DNA of 64,000 nucleotides, taken from contig CBDFJG010000004.1 in NCBI GenBank assembly GCA_965248445.1, positions 1,600,001-1,664,000 of the forward strand. Reading direction: 5' to 3'. Positions 8,318-17,512 of the stretch are shown here, piece after piece; positions within the stretch are counted from its first letter, which is position 1, and each line of letters starts with the position of its first letter. A model generated the notes under the pieces. That model was not told where the DNA came from and made no database searches. It saw nothing but the letters and a program-made list of their open reading frames with translations. The DNA is from Planctomycetota bacterium. Lineage in GTDB: Bacteria > Planctomycetota > JAJSAM01 > JAJVHW01. The position numbers and the translations under genes are program-made.

Positions 8318-11300
8318 CTAGCCTGATGCCCCGCGCGTTCGCCGCGCGACCGCCTGCCGAACGAATCGCCCGACGTCCGCGAGCAATTGCTCACGGGTGT
8401 TGCCGGACTTCTGCAGGATCTCTTGCACGGAGCCCTTGAGGCGCCTCCCGTCCGCGTCGGTGATGTCCTTCGCGGTCACCACGATCAGAGGCAGCTCCCT
8501 CCAGCGCGCGTCCGCGCGGACCGCCTCGACGAACTGGAAACCGTCCATCACCGGCATCATCAGGTCGAGCACGACGAGGTCGGCACCGTCTTCGTCGAGC
8601 CGGACGAGACCCTCCACGCCATTCGCGGCCTCGCTGATCTGCCATCCCTCGCCGCGCAGGAGTCGCACGACCATCTCGCGTGTCGTCTCGTCGTCCTCGA
8701 CGACCAGGATGCGGTGCTCGGCGCGGTTGATCTGATACGGCGCGAGCACGCCGAGCAGCGTGGCGCGGTCGACCGGCTTGGTCAGATACGCATCCACGCC
8801 CAGGGCGAGCCCGAGTCCGCGCTCTTGCACCATCGTGAGCATGACGATCGGGATGTCGGACAGCTCCGCGTCACGTCGCGCCGCGGAGAGCACCGCCCAG
8901 CCGTCCATGCCCGGCATCATGACGTCGAGGATGATCGCCGTCGGACGCAACTCCCGCGCGATGCGCAGACCGTCGCGACCGTTCGTGGCCTCGACGACCA
9001 CGAAACCCTCGCGCACGAGGTACCGCCGGACCATTTCGCGCGCGTCCGGGTCGTCGTCGATCACGAGGACCGTCGTGTGCGACGCGTCGTGCGCCGCGGC
9101 TCCGTCCGCCGGAGCGTCTGTGGCGTCCAGCGCCGCGGGCGCGTCCCGTGCCGGCAGGCGCACCGTGAACGATGTGCCCTCGCCCGGAGTGCTCGAGACT
9201 TCGATCGTGCCGGACAGCATCTCGACGAATCGCCGCGTAATCGTCAGCCCGAGACCGGTGCCTCCGTACCGCCGCGTGGTGGAGGCATCGGCTTGCGCGA
9301 ACGCGTCCCAGATCGCGGCCGATTGCTCGGCGGCCATGCCGATGCCGTCGTCGATCACCTGCAGCGTCATCCAGTCGTGCGGCTCGCCGCTCTCGCGGTG
9401 CGCCAGCAGACGGATGGTGCCGTACTTCGTGAACTTCGCAGCGTTGGAAATCAGGTTCAGCAGGATCTGCCGCAACTTGGTCATGTCCGAGTGCACCCTG
9501 CCCATGCCCACAGGGACCTCCAGCACGAGCGAGCTCTCGTTCTTCGCGATCAGCGGGTGCACTGTCTCCACGACGTCGGCGAGGGCCTGGTTCAGGTCGA
9601 ACGCCTCGTTGAACACCTCGAGGCGCCCGGCCTCGATCTTCGAGAGATCGAGGATGTCGTCGATCAGGCCGAGCAGATCGAAGCCGGCACCGCGGATCTT
9701 GCCGAGGTCCGAGACGACCTCGCTCTCGCCCCGCTCTTCTATGTCTTCGGCGACCATTTCCGCGTACCCGATGATCGCGTTCAGCGGAGTGCGCAACTCG
9801 TGGCTCATGTTGGCGAGGAACTGGCTCTTCGCGCGGCTGGCGGTCTCCGCCGTGTCCTTGGCCGTCTCGAGAGCCTCCCGCGCCTCGTGCCGCTGCGTCA
9901 CGTCGCGCAACACGCCGACGAATCTCTGCGAATCGGTGTCCCGGATCTCGGTGAGCGCAAGTGCCAGTGGGAACTCGGTCCCGTCGGCCCGCAACCCGTG
10001 CAACTCGACGCGCGATCCGATTACGTGCGGTTCGCGAGTCTCCACGAACCGCCGGAGTGACTCGGTGTGGAGAGTCCGGTAGCACTCTGGCACCAAGATG
10101 GTCAAATCCTGTCCCACCATGTCTTTCGCGCTGCGGCCGAAGATCTCCTCCGCGGCCGGATTGACGGACTCGATCACGCCGTTTGTGCCGGCGGTGATGA
10201 TCCCGTCCGCGACGCTCGTGACGATCGAGCGGACCTTCTCCTCACTGCGCGCGAGGGAGTGTGTGGTCTCGCGCAGACTGTCGGCCGAACGGGCGAACGC
10301 CTGCGAGATCAGGTATCCGACGAGTGCGGCGAGCAGCGCTCCGCAGATGCCGACGGCGAGTGTCCAGTCCGCGAGCCGGCGCAGCGGTGCAAACACGGTC
10401 TCTGTCGGTTGGTTGAGAATCAGCAACCAGCCATGCGCCGGCCGCCCGCGTCGCGTCCGTGATCGCACGAACGCACGCAAGATCTCGCCCTGCGGGGTCG
10501 GCTCGACGACCGTTCCCTGCTTGGCCGACATCAGCGCCGCGACGACGGCTTGCTCGCTGACGTCCTCGCCGAACGCGTTTGCGTCGCCCTGCCGATGGAT
10601 CAGGTGTCCGTTCGCGTCGATGAGTTCTACCGTTGCGTCACCGAGCCGGCTGCGCGTGCTGAAGCCATCGACGATCTGTCGCAGCACGGCGACGTTCAGC
10701 ACGGCTTTCATCACGCCGAGCCGCTGCCCTTCGAGGTTGTCCACCCGGACGCCGATGTCGATCGAGTGGACGCCCGCGCTCTCGTCGAATGCGATCTCCT
10801 CAGAGACCCACACGCGATCACGCCACGCTACCCTCCACCACTCCTCGTCGTCCTGGCGGAAGTCGCTGGTGCGCCCGGTCTGCCCGACGTTCGGGCCGAA
10901 CCGGTTGGTCACGAAGATCTCCGCATAAACGGACTCGTTGCGCTCACGCTCGTAGAACTCCAGCGTGCGCTTCAGGATCTGAGAGGCGGCGCTGTCGAAG
11001 ACCGACTGCATGAACTCGCTCGTCTCGTCCTCGGGAGTTGCGCGCCACTCCGCGTCCCGCCCGTCGATGACAGCCTGCACCCTCGGCTCGGGGCCGAGCA
11101 GTGCGTACTCGCGGTTGGACTCGGCGATGGCTGCGTGCAGTTCGGAATCGGTGCCTGCGAATGCGCGGATGGTCCGGACGCGGTCTCTCATCGCGCGCTC
11201 GATCTCATTCATGAGAGACGCTGCCACGGCTTCCGCGTCTCGCGAGATCGCCGCGTGCATTCCGTTCCGCGCGCGGCGGACGATCACGAACCCGGAGACC

Positions 11301-11368
11301 AGGAGGATGAGGATGACGACGGCGTAGCCGAGGAGTAGCAGCGACCTCTCGCGCGTCGGCGTCTTCAT
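8318..11368 (-). CDS. Hybrid sensor histidine kinase (TM-Cache-like-TM-PAS-HisKA-HATPase-REC-REC)
   Basis: FLANMSHELRTPLNAIIG, NLISNAAKFT, DDGIG, GGTGLGL, two receiver domains. Confidence 0.95.
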   Translation of the reverse strand: MKTPTRERSLLLLGYAVVILILLVSGFVIVRRARNGMHAAISRDAEAVAASLMNEIERAMRDRVRTIRAFAGTDSELHAAIAESNREYALLGPEPRVQAVIDGRDAEWRATPEDETSEFMQSVFDSAASQILKRTLEFYERERNESVYAEIFVTNRFGPNVGQTGRTSDFRQDDEEWWRVAWRDRVWVSEEIAFDESAGVHSIDIGVRVDNLEGQRLGVMKAVLNVAVLRQIVDGFSTRSRLGDATVELIDANGHLIHRQGDANAFGEDVSEQAVVAALMSAKQGTVVEPTPQGEILRAFVRSRTRRGRPAHGWLLILNQPTETVFAPLRRLADWTLAVGICGALLAALVGYLISQAFARSADSLRETTHSLARSEEKVRSIVTSVADGIITAGTNGVIESVNPAAEEIFGRSAKDMVGQDLTILVPECYRTLHTESLRRFVETREPHVIGSRVELHGLRADGTEFPLALALTEIRDTDSQRFVGVLRDVTQRHEAREALETAKDTAETASRAKSQFLANMSHELRTPLNAIIGYAEMVAEDIEERGESEVVSDLGKIRGAGFDLLGLIDDILDLSKIEAGRLEVFNEAFDLNQALADVVETVHPLIAKNESSLVLEVPVGMGRVHSDMTKLRQILLNLISNAAKFTKYGTIRLLAHRESGEPHDWMTLQVIDDGIGMAAEQSAAIWDAFAQADASTTRRYGGTGLGLTITRRFVEMLSGTIEVSSTPGEGTSFTVRLPARDAPAALDATDAPADGAAAHDASHTTVLVIDDDPDAREMVRRYLVREGFVVVEATNGRDGLRIARELRPTAIILDVMMPGMDGWAVLSAARRDAELSDIPIVMLTMVQERGLGLALGVDAYLTKPVDRATLLGVLAPYQINRAEHRILVVEDDETTREMVVRLLRGEGWQISEAANGVEGLVRLDEDGADLVVLDLMMPVMDGFQFVEAVRADARWRELPLIVVTAKDITDADGRRLKGSVQEILQKSGNTREQLLADVGRFVRQAVARRTRGASG

Positions 11369-11381
11369 CCGTGCTGTCCCG

Positions 11382-11738
11382 TCACTCCGCTGCCCCGAAC
11401 GCGCGCAGTGCGGCGAGCACGGTCTCGAGCAGGCCGCGTGTCGCCGCCAGGAGCGGCTCGAGCGACGCATCGGGTTTGTCGCGGGCATGCGCCTCGACAC
11501 GCCGGTACTGCGCGGTCAACGCGGTCATCCCCGCAGTGGCGCTGGATCCGCCGGCTCCGTGCGCGAGCCGGAGCACGGTCGCGGCGTCGCCGCGCGCGTA
11601 GGCGTCCTCGATCTCCGCGAGTTCCTCCCACGCGCGTGGCGCGTAGAACTCGGCGAACTCCGGCACGCTCCAGCCGCAGCCCGACGCCACGCTGCGAACC
11701 GTCGTCTCGTCGATGAGGCCGTTGGAGGGACCGGGCAT
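11382..11738 (-). CDS. Hpt phosphotransfer domain protein
   Basis: LAHGAGGSSATAGM Hpt-like motif; lies between REC and kinase genes. Confidence 0.75.
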   Translation of the reverse strand: MPGPSNGLIDETTVRSVASGCGWSVPEFAEFYAPRAWEELAEIEDAYARGDAATVLRLAHGAGGSSATAGMTALTAQYRRVEAHARDKPDASLEPLLAATRGLLETVLAALRAFGAAE

Positions 11739-11755
11739 CTGCTCTCCAGTCGTTC

Positions 11756-12133
11756 CTAGCTTCGACCTTCTGGATGGAGGAGTGCCTCCATCTTCTGAAT
11801 CAGCGCCGCGACGTCGAGCGGTTTCGTCGCGAAGTCGTCACAGCCCGCCTCGAGAGCGGTCTCGCGATCGCCGGCCATCGCATGCGCCGTCAGCGCGATC
11901 ACAGGCAGGTCTCTGGTCGCATCGCCGGCCTTGAGCTGCCGCGTTGCTTCCCAGCCGTCGACGACCGGAAGACTGAGGTCCATGAGGACGAGGTCCGGGC
12001 GCGCCTGTGCGATGGCATCCAGTCCGGCCTGACCGTCGTTCGCCGTGGTGACCTCGTAGCCCGTGCGCTCGAGCCGCCGCGACAGCATGTCGCGGTTCAG
12101 GTCATTGTCTTCCACGATCAGGATCTTCGGCAC
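11756..12133 (-). CDS. Single-domain response regulator (DivK/CheY-like)
   Basis: ILIVEDN, LVLMDLSLP, ALTAHAM, ATKP. Confidence 0.95.
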   Translation of the reverse strand: MPKILIVEDNDLNRDMLSRRLERTGYEVTTANDGQAGLDAIAQARPDLVLMDLSLPVVDGWEATRQLKAGDATRDLPVIALTAHAMAGDRETALEAGCDDFATKPLDVAALIQKMEALLHPEGRS

Positions 12134-12259
12134 CGCCGCCGCCCTCGGAGTCTCGGATACCCGCCCCCGGACCAGCTTAGCGCAGAGTCTGGGCGAACCC
12201 AGTCTGTCCGTTTCGAAGGGTCGCCCAGTGAGCCCGCGGCTTGGTGATCTTCAGATAGA

Positions 12260-13369
12260 TCACCAGGCTGCGACGAGCTTACGCCGGGTCGATTCGTCGT
12301 AGCGCTCGGGGAACTTCACGCGCTTACCGGTCAGGTCGCGAAGCGCGTCGTGGACGTGCTTGGCGAGCGCGAGCACGCCGCGCTGCTCCCGCTCGTCGTC
12401 TCCGGGAGGAGGCGGGTACGACTGCACCAGAGCCTCCTTCACGGGGGTCCGCGCCATCTTGTGCCTCTCCGCGATCCAGGCCAGCGCGTCGATGGCGATC
12501 TTTGTCAGCCCGTTACGCCACGCGCCCGTCGCTGCGTGCGGTGCAATCGCGGCGACGGACTCCGCATCGCCACACGCCGCTAGCGCCTTGACAGCATTGA
12601 TCCGCAGCACGTTCGGATTGAGACTCTCCTTCGGCTCCGCGACGACGGCGTCCAGGTGTCGCGCAACACCCGGAGTGGGGGACTCTGCGATCGCGGCGCA
12701 GACCAGGTAACGCAGCGGGTCGTTGGGAATGGCGAGCAGCTCCTCGGCCGCAGAGGAGAGAGCGCCCGGCTCCTCCTCGGCCAGGATCTCGACCGCGCGG
12801 TAGCGAACGACGATGTCGTTGTCGTCGAGCGCCGCGAGCGCGGCCTTCACCGACGGCTTCTCCTCGAGCTGTGCCGCGCGCTCTTCCGCGGCGGCAATCG
12901 CTCCGGCCGATGCGGTGCTCCGGATCTTCCCCACGCGCGCCTTCTTCACGGCGGCGAGGAAGCTCTCGACCGACCGCCCCGTGCTGCCCATGCGCTCGAG
13001 CGTCTCGGGGTGGATCAGCCAGTGCTGGGGGTACGACGTGAACCCGAACCGGATGCACGTGCGCTCCGCGGCGAGATCCCCCTCGTTCTTCGAGAAGTCG
13101 CGGAACACGTAGAGCCAGACCGCTTCGTCGTAGGCGGGCTCCAACTCCTCGCGGGGGAGCAACTGCTCCTCCATGACGACGCAGTGGGGTCAATACGTCT
13201 TCGTCAGGTAGACGAAGATCGGCACCTCGCGTTCGATCGCCTGCTTCTGCGCTGCGGCGAAGTCGCGCACCCACGGCGGTCCCTCGGGAGGCGTCTCGCT
13301 GCCTGCCATCGCGGTTACGAGCACGAGGCACGGCACCGCCAGGATCGTGAGCAGTCGCGACAGCCGCAT
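12260..13369 (-). CDS. Putative selenoprotein: secreted thioredoxin-fold (UPHC) plus HEAT-like repeats, 369 aa, Sec60
   Basis: Track ORFs 13190..13390 and 12260..13174 are in frame, joined by TAT TGA CCC CAC TGC GTC GTC ATG (Y-U-P-H-C-V-V-M); signal peptide, GGGAGG RBS, downstream hairpin. Confidence 0.88.
13153..13172 (-). promoter_or_regulatory. Putative SECIS hairpin (GGAGGAGC-AGUU-GCUCCCCC)
   Basis: 7 of 8 stem positions pair; AGUU loop begins 25 nt after the UGA. Confidence 0.75.
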
Positions 13370-13404
13370 GGTGGGTTCCTCCCGCGGCAAGTCTACGGGC
13401 TGAC

Positions 13405-14565
13405 TCAGTCCTGGATCTCCACGCTCTTCTCGACGTACTTCCCGCCGCTCAGCGTGTTGTTCGCCTCGACGTCGTTGGACTTCTCGTCGGTCCCCGCGCC
13501 GCCGTTGACCAGCAGCCCCTTCTCGAACGTGTTGCCGAAGATGTTCACGAAGTCGTCGCCGTCCTGCAGCAATGCCTTGACCTTCTTTGCGGCCGTGCTG
13601 TTGGACATTGCGATCTGGTCGCCGCCGTCTCCGGCCTTGAGTGACGCGCCCTTGGTGAGGGACGTCCCGTTGAAGACGCTGATGGAGTCGACACCGCCGC
13701 CGGTCGAGACCTTGAGCGCACCGCCGACGGTGGCTTCGTCGAAGTTCGTGACGTCGTCGCCGCCTCCGGTCTTGACCTTGACACCCTTCGGAAACTGATC
13801 ACGCGTGGACGTCAGGAACAGACCGCCGTCGCCGCCCGTGATCTTGACGGGCTTGCCGAATGTTGAGTCCTCGATCTGAACGACTTTGCCGCCGTCACCC
13901 GTCTTCATCTTGAAGCTCTTTGCGATTTCGCAACGCGCGATACGGACGTCGTCGCTGCCGTTACCGAGGTCGACGGTCACCTTGCCGTCGCAGTCAACCT
14001 CCTCGAGCGTGACAGAGTTGTTGCCCTCGCCGACGTCGATGACCACGGACTTCCCGACGGTGATGGCCCCGTATCCCATCGCGACCTGGACGATTTCGTT
14101 GCCGGCGCCACCGTTCACGCGGAGTGAGCCGGAGATCGTCGCGTCATAGACCGAGATCACACCGCCGCCGCCGCTGTTGGAGACGGTCAGGTCGTCGAAC
14201 CCTGTGCCCCCGTACCCAACGAAGAAGCTCTCTCCGTCGCCGTCGCCGAGACTGACGTCGACGTCCCCGAGGTCGAGCTCGGCGGAGATGTCGATTGAGT
14301 CGCCACCTCCGCGCATGTCGATGCGAATCCTCCTCTTCGGCAGGGCGAAGTTGAAGGAGCCGTTCTCTCCGTTGACCGTCGTGTTGTTGCCCTTGATCCG
14401 GACGTCAACACCCTCGTTGAAGACTGTGATGCTGTTGGCCTGGTCGTCGCCGGTGATGACGAGGTCCTTCCCCTGCACGTCGACGGTGATGTTCCCGTCG
14501 GCAAGCGCGAGCGGGGCCAGGATGAGGCATGCCAGGAGTGTGGTAGTGCGTGTGTTGGTCTTCAT
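13405..14565 (-). CDS. Secreted repetitive beta-helix-like protein
   Basis: Signal peptide; recurring GxGxD-x-V/I units. Confidence 0.8.
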   Translation of the reverse strand: MKTNTRTTTLLACLILAPLALADGNITVDVQGKDLVITGDDQANSITVFNEGVDVRIKGNNTTVNGENGSFNFALPKRRIRIDMRGGGDSIDISAELDLGDVDVSLGDGDGESFFVGYGGTGFDDLTVSNSGGGGVISVYDATISGSLRVNGGAGNEIVQVAMGYGAITVGKSVVIDVGEGNNSVTLEEVDCDGKVTVDLGNGSDDVRIARCEIAKSFKMKTGDGGKVVQIEDSTFGKPVKITGGDGGLFLTSTRDQFPKGVKVKTGGGDDVTNFDEATVGGALKVSTGGGVDSISVFNGTSLTKGASLKAGDGGDQIAMSNSTAAKKVKALLQDGDDFVNIFGNTFEKGLLVNGGAGTDEKSNDVEANNTLSGGKYVEKSVEIQD

Positions 14566-14730
14566 GGCGCGAGGCTATACGAGCACCGAGTCGGTTCGGC
14601 CGGGGCGAATTGGTACCCCGCCGGGTCCGATCGTTCCTCGTTGGTTACACAGCCGTAACGCGAATTGCCGTGAACCCGGGCCTGGCGTTTGCGTCTGTAG
14701 AGACAGCGCGAAGATCGCGAGGAGGCTGCC

Positions 14731-16230
14731 ATGCAGTTGCGCACCGCTTGGACCCTGTTGGCCGCCGTCCTGCTCACGGCGGGAACGGCACTCGGAGAGG
14801 ACGGGGAGGCTGAGCCGGTAGCGCAAGCGCAAGGCCCCGTCGTCGGCATGGACTTGTCGTTCCGCATCCCCGGAGGCAAGGGCATCTCGCACACGCCCGC
14901 CGTCGTGTTCACCAAGGACGGCAAGCGCATGGTGACCGCCACGTCGGACGGCAAGCTCGTCGTGTTCGCCGCAGAGGACCGCCGCCTTCTCAAGGAGATC
15001 GCACTGCCTGAGAAGGGCAGCAACGGTGTGAGCATCGACCCCGCGGGCAAGTACGCCGCGTGGACGCTCGCCGACAAGGGGCTTGTCGTCATCGACCTGG
15101 CAACCGGCAAGGAGATCGCGCGGGACGCGGAGTTCAAGGCGGAGTGGGTCGCGGTCTCGCCCGATGCCAAGACCGTCGCCGTGACGAGCATCGAGATCCG
15201 CGACCTGAAGACGCTGAAGCGCGTCGGTCACGCGCTCGCTGCGCCCAGCGCCGTCACGAACGTCGCCTGGAACGCAGACGGCAGTCGCCTCGCGTACACA
15301 ACCGCGAGCGGGCACGTCGAGATCCGTGACACGAAGACTCGCAAGCACGTCTTCGAAGCCAAGAAGAGCGTCGCGATGCACGCGCTCGCGTTCGATCCGA
15401 CGGGCAAGTACTTCGCGTTCGGCGGCCAGGACAACCAGGTCTACCAGGTCGATCTCGCGACGAAGGACGAGACCGTCATCTCGAAGAACCAGCCGTTCTG
15501 GATCACATGCCTCGGCTACAGCCCAGACGGCCAGCGCATCGCTGTGGGGGACGAGTCGTGCGACATCTGGCTGTACGACATCGAGCCCGCGCAGTTGACG
15601 TTCCACAACAAGCACCACGTCGAGTGCTGGCTGAGTGAGGTCGCCTGGGCGCCGGACAACGAGACCTTCCTGTTCGGCTGCCGTCCCAACACACACGCCG
15701 GGCGGCCGTCGCTGCACGCGCCGCTCCAGATGGCCGAGGCCTCACGATCGGATGCCGCCCGCGCCACGCGTGCGGGCCTGCTCGCGGCGCTCGACGCCGA
15801 GATCAAGAAAGAGAAGGACGACACTCGGAGAACCTCGCTCTCGCTCTATCGCGACTCGCTCGTGGGCGAGGAGACAGTCGGGATGTACGGCTGGAGCGGA
15901 TACGGCGGCAGTTTCGGCGCCGGCGCTGCTGGTCCCACCACCGGCGGCGGCGAGATCGTGTTCGACGGCGGGGCCGCGGAGACGGTGACGGCGACCGGCG
16001 GGACGTTCGACGGTGGCGGTGGTGCCGGCGGCAAGGGCCGCGCGGGCGCTTCCGCGCCCCCCGACCTTCCGGCGAACGTGCAGAAGCTCCTCGACGCGCA
16101 CCAGAAGACGCTCACCGACGAGGCGAAGAAGGTCGCCGCCGACTTCTGCGTGAACCAGTGGAAGGTGACGCCCCCAACGGAGAAGGAGCCGGAGAAGACA
16201 CCGGTGGAGAAGAAACCCGCCGAGAAGTAG
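14731..16230 (+). CDS. Secreted WD40/beta-propeller protein
   Basis: Signal peptide; SPDG/DPTG/NADG blade repeats; GGAGG RBS. Confidence 0.85.
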   Translation: MQLRTAWTLLAAVLLTAGTALGEDGEAEPVAQAQGPVVGMDLSFRIPGGKGISHTPAVVFTKDGKRMVTATSDGKLVVFAAEDRRLLKEIALPEKGSNGVSIDPAGKYAAWTLADKGLVVIDLATGKEIARDAEFKAEWVAVSPDAKTVAVTSIEIRDLKTLKRVGHALAAPSAVTNVAWNADGSRLAYTTASGHVEIRDTKTRKHVFEAKKSVAMHALAFDPTGKYFAFGGQDNQVYQVDLATKDETVISKNQPFWITCLGYSPDGQRIAVGDESCDIWLYDIEPAQLTFHNKHHVECWLSEVAWAPDNETFLFGCRPNTHAGRPSLHAPLQMAEASRSDAARATRAGLLAALDAEIKKEKDDTRRTSLSLYRDSLVGEETVGMYGWSGYGGSFGAGAAGPTTGGGEIVFDGGAAETVTATGGTFDGGGGAGGKGRAGASAPPDLPANVQKLLDAHQKTLTDEAKKVAADFCVNQWKVTPPTEKEPEKTPVEKKPAEK

Positions 16231-16238
16231 CGGCGCCC

Positions 16239-17372
16239 TCAGAGCCCCGCGTCGTCGAGGAAGCCCCCGACGAAGCGGAGCAGCGGCCACGCCTCGAAGA
16301 AGCCCGGGGTCTCTTGGTCCGGAGCCGCCACGTGCCCGAACAGGTCGGTGACGTGGGTGTCGACGGTCACTCCTCGGCCGCGCAGCGCGGAGGCGAGCGC
16401 CGTGAGGTCCGCTGTAGGAACCACCGGGTCGGCGGTTGCGTGCAACAGATGCACCGGGGCGAGCGGAGTGGCTTCGCGCTCGGGTGACACCGCGGCGAGT
16501 TCATCGCGCATTCGGGACAGCAAGCGCTCCGCGATCTCGGGCGGCAACGGGCTCTCGTTCGCCGCCGCGGCGACGACCTCCGACGCCTCCGGCGGAAGCG
16601 GAATGTCGAGCGCGCGGTTCCCCTGCAGGATCAGCTTCAGGTGCCTGCGTACGCGGTCCACGTACTCGGGTGCCACGAGGTGCTCGACGTTCCCGAGCAG
16701 AACGAGTCGGCGTCCCTCCGTCAGCGGGTCGAACAACTCGCTCGGCGCGTCACCGTCTGATGTCATCCACTTGAACAGCAGCCTCTCCATGTCGGCATAC
16801 CCGCCGAATGCGAGGACCGCACTGACGTCGTCGCGCACCTGCGCGTCGTCGGCGGCGATGATCGCGTACGAGCCCCCGACGGACACTCCCGCCAGCGCGG
16901 CCCGTCCGTCCTCCGCCTCGCCTGACTCCGAAGCTAGCCACCGCGTCACGTCGGCGATGCGTGTGGTGTCCGCGGGGTCGATGCGGAACTTCGCCAGCGA
17001 AGGCAGGTGCGGGACGGCAACGACCATCCCCCGGGCAGCGAACGCTCGCGCGAAGTCGAGCAGGCGGCTGTCGCGCGCCCCGGTCTCGACGGCTCCGTGG
17101 CAAAGGACGAGTGCGGGCAGCGCCTCGTCGCCGGTCCGCGGGCGGAAGAGCAGGACGTCGGTATCCCCCGAGCGTGTGCGCACCCTGACCTCGCTGGACT
17201 GCACCCGCTCGGTCAGATCGGCGGGAGGCTCCATCGCATCGCGCAGCAGCACACCGGCGCGGAGCGCGCTACACGCGCCCGACAGCACGACCGTGAGCAC
17301 GAGCGCCACCGCGATCAGCCCGCCGGCCAGCCATCGCCTGCTCGTCCCACCGCTGCCTTCTCCTGAGGCCAT
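16239..17372 (-). CDS. Alpha/beta-fold hydrolase, membrane-anchored or lipoprotein
   Basis: LVLCHG, GVSVGG nucleophile elbow, LLHATADPVVP, LFGHV. Confidence 0.82.
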   Translation of the reverse strand: MASGEGSGGTSRRWLAGGLIAVALVLTVVLSGACSALRAGVLLRDAMEPPADLTERVQSSEVRVRTRSGDTDVLLFRPRTGDEALPALVLCHGAVETGARDSRLLDFARAFAARGMVVAVPHLPSLAKFRIDPADTTRIADVTRWLASESGEAEDGRAALAGVSVGGSYAIIAADDAQVRDDVSAVLAFGGYADMERLLFKWMTSDGDAPSELFDPLTEGRRLVLLGNVEHLVAPEYVDRVRRHLKLILQGNRALDIPLPPEASEVVAAAANESPLPPEIAERLLSRMRDELAAVSPEREATPLAPVHLLHATADPVVPTADLTALASALRGRGVTVDTHVTDLFGHVAAPDQETPGFFEAWPLLRFVGGFLDDAGL

Positions 17373-17512
17373 GACCGGAGTATCCGTGACCCGGCTCCGA
17401 TCGCATCGCGGTCTCGAACTTCGAGGCTGCGGACGGCTTGCGGTACTCGCGGTTTCCTCCGCGGGCAGGCGCCGCGTACGCTCTCGCCCCGGGATCTTGT
17501 GGAGGGTGGCCG

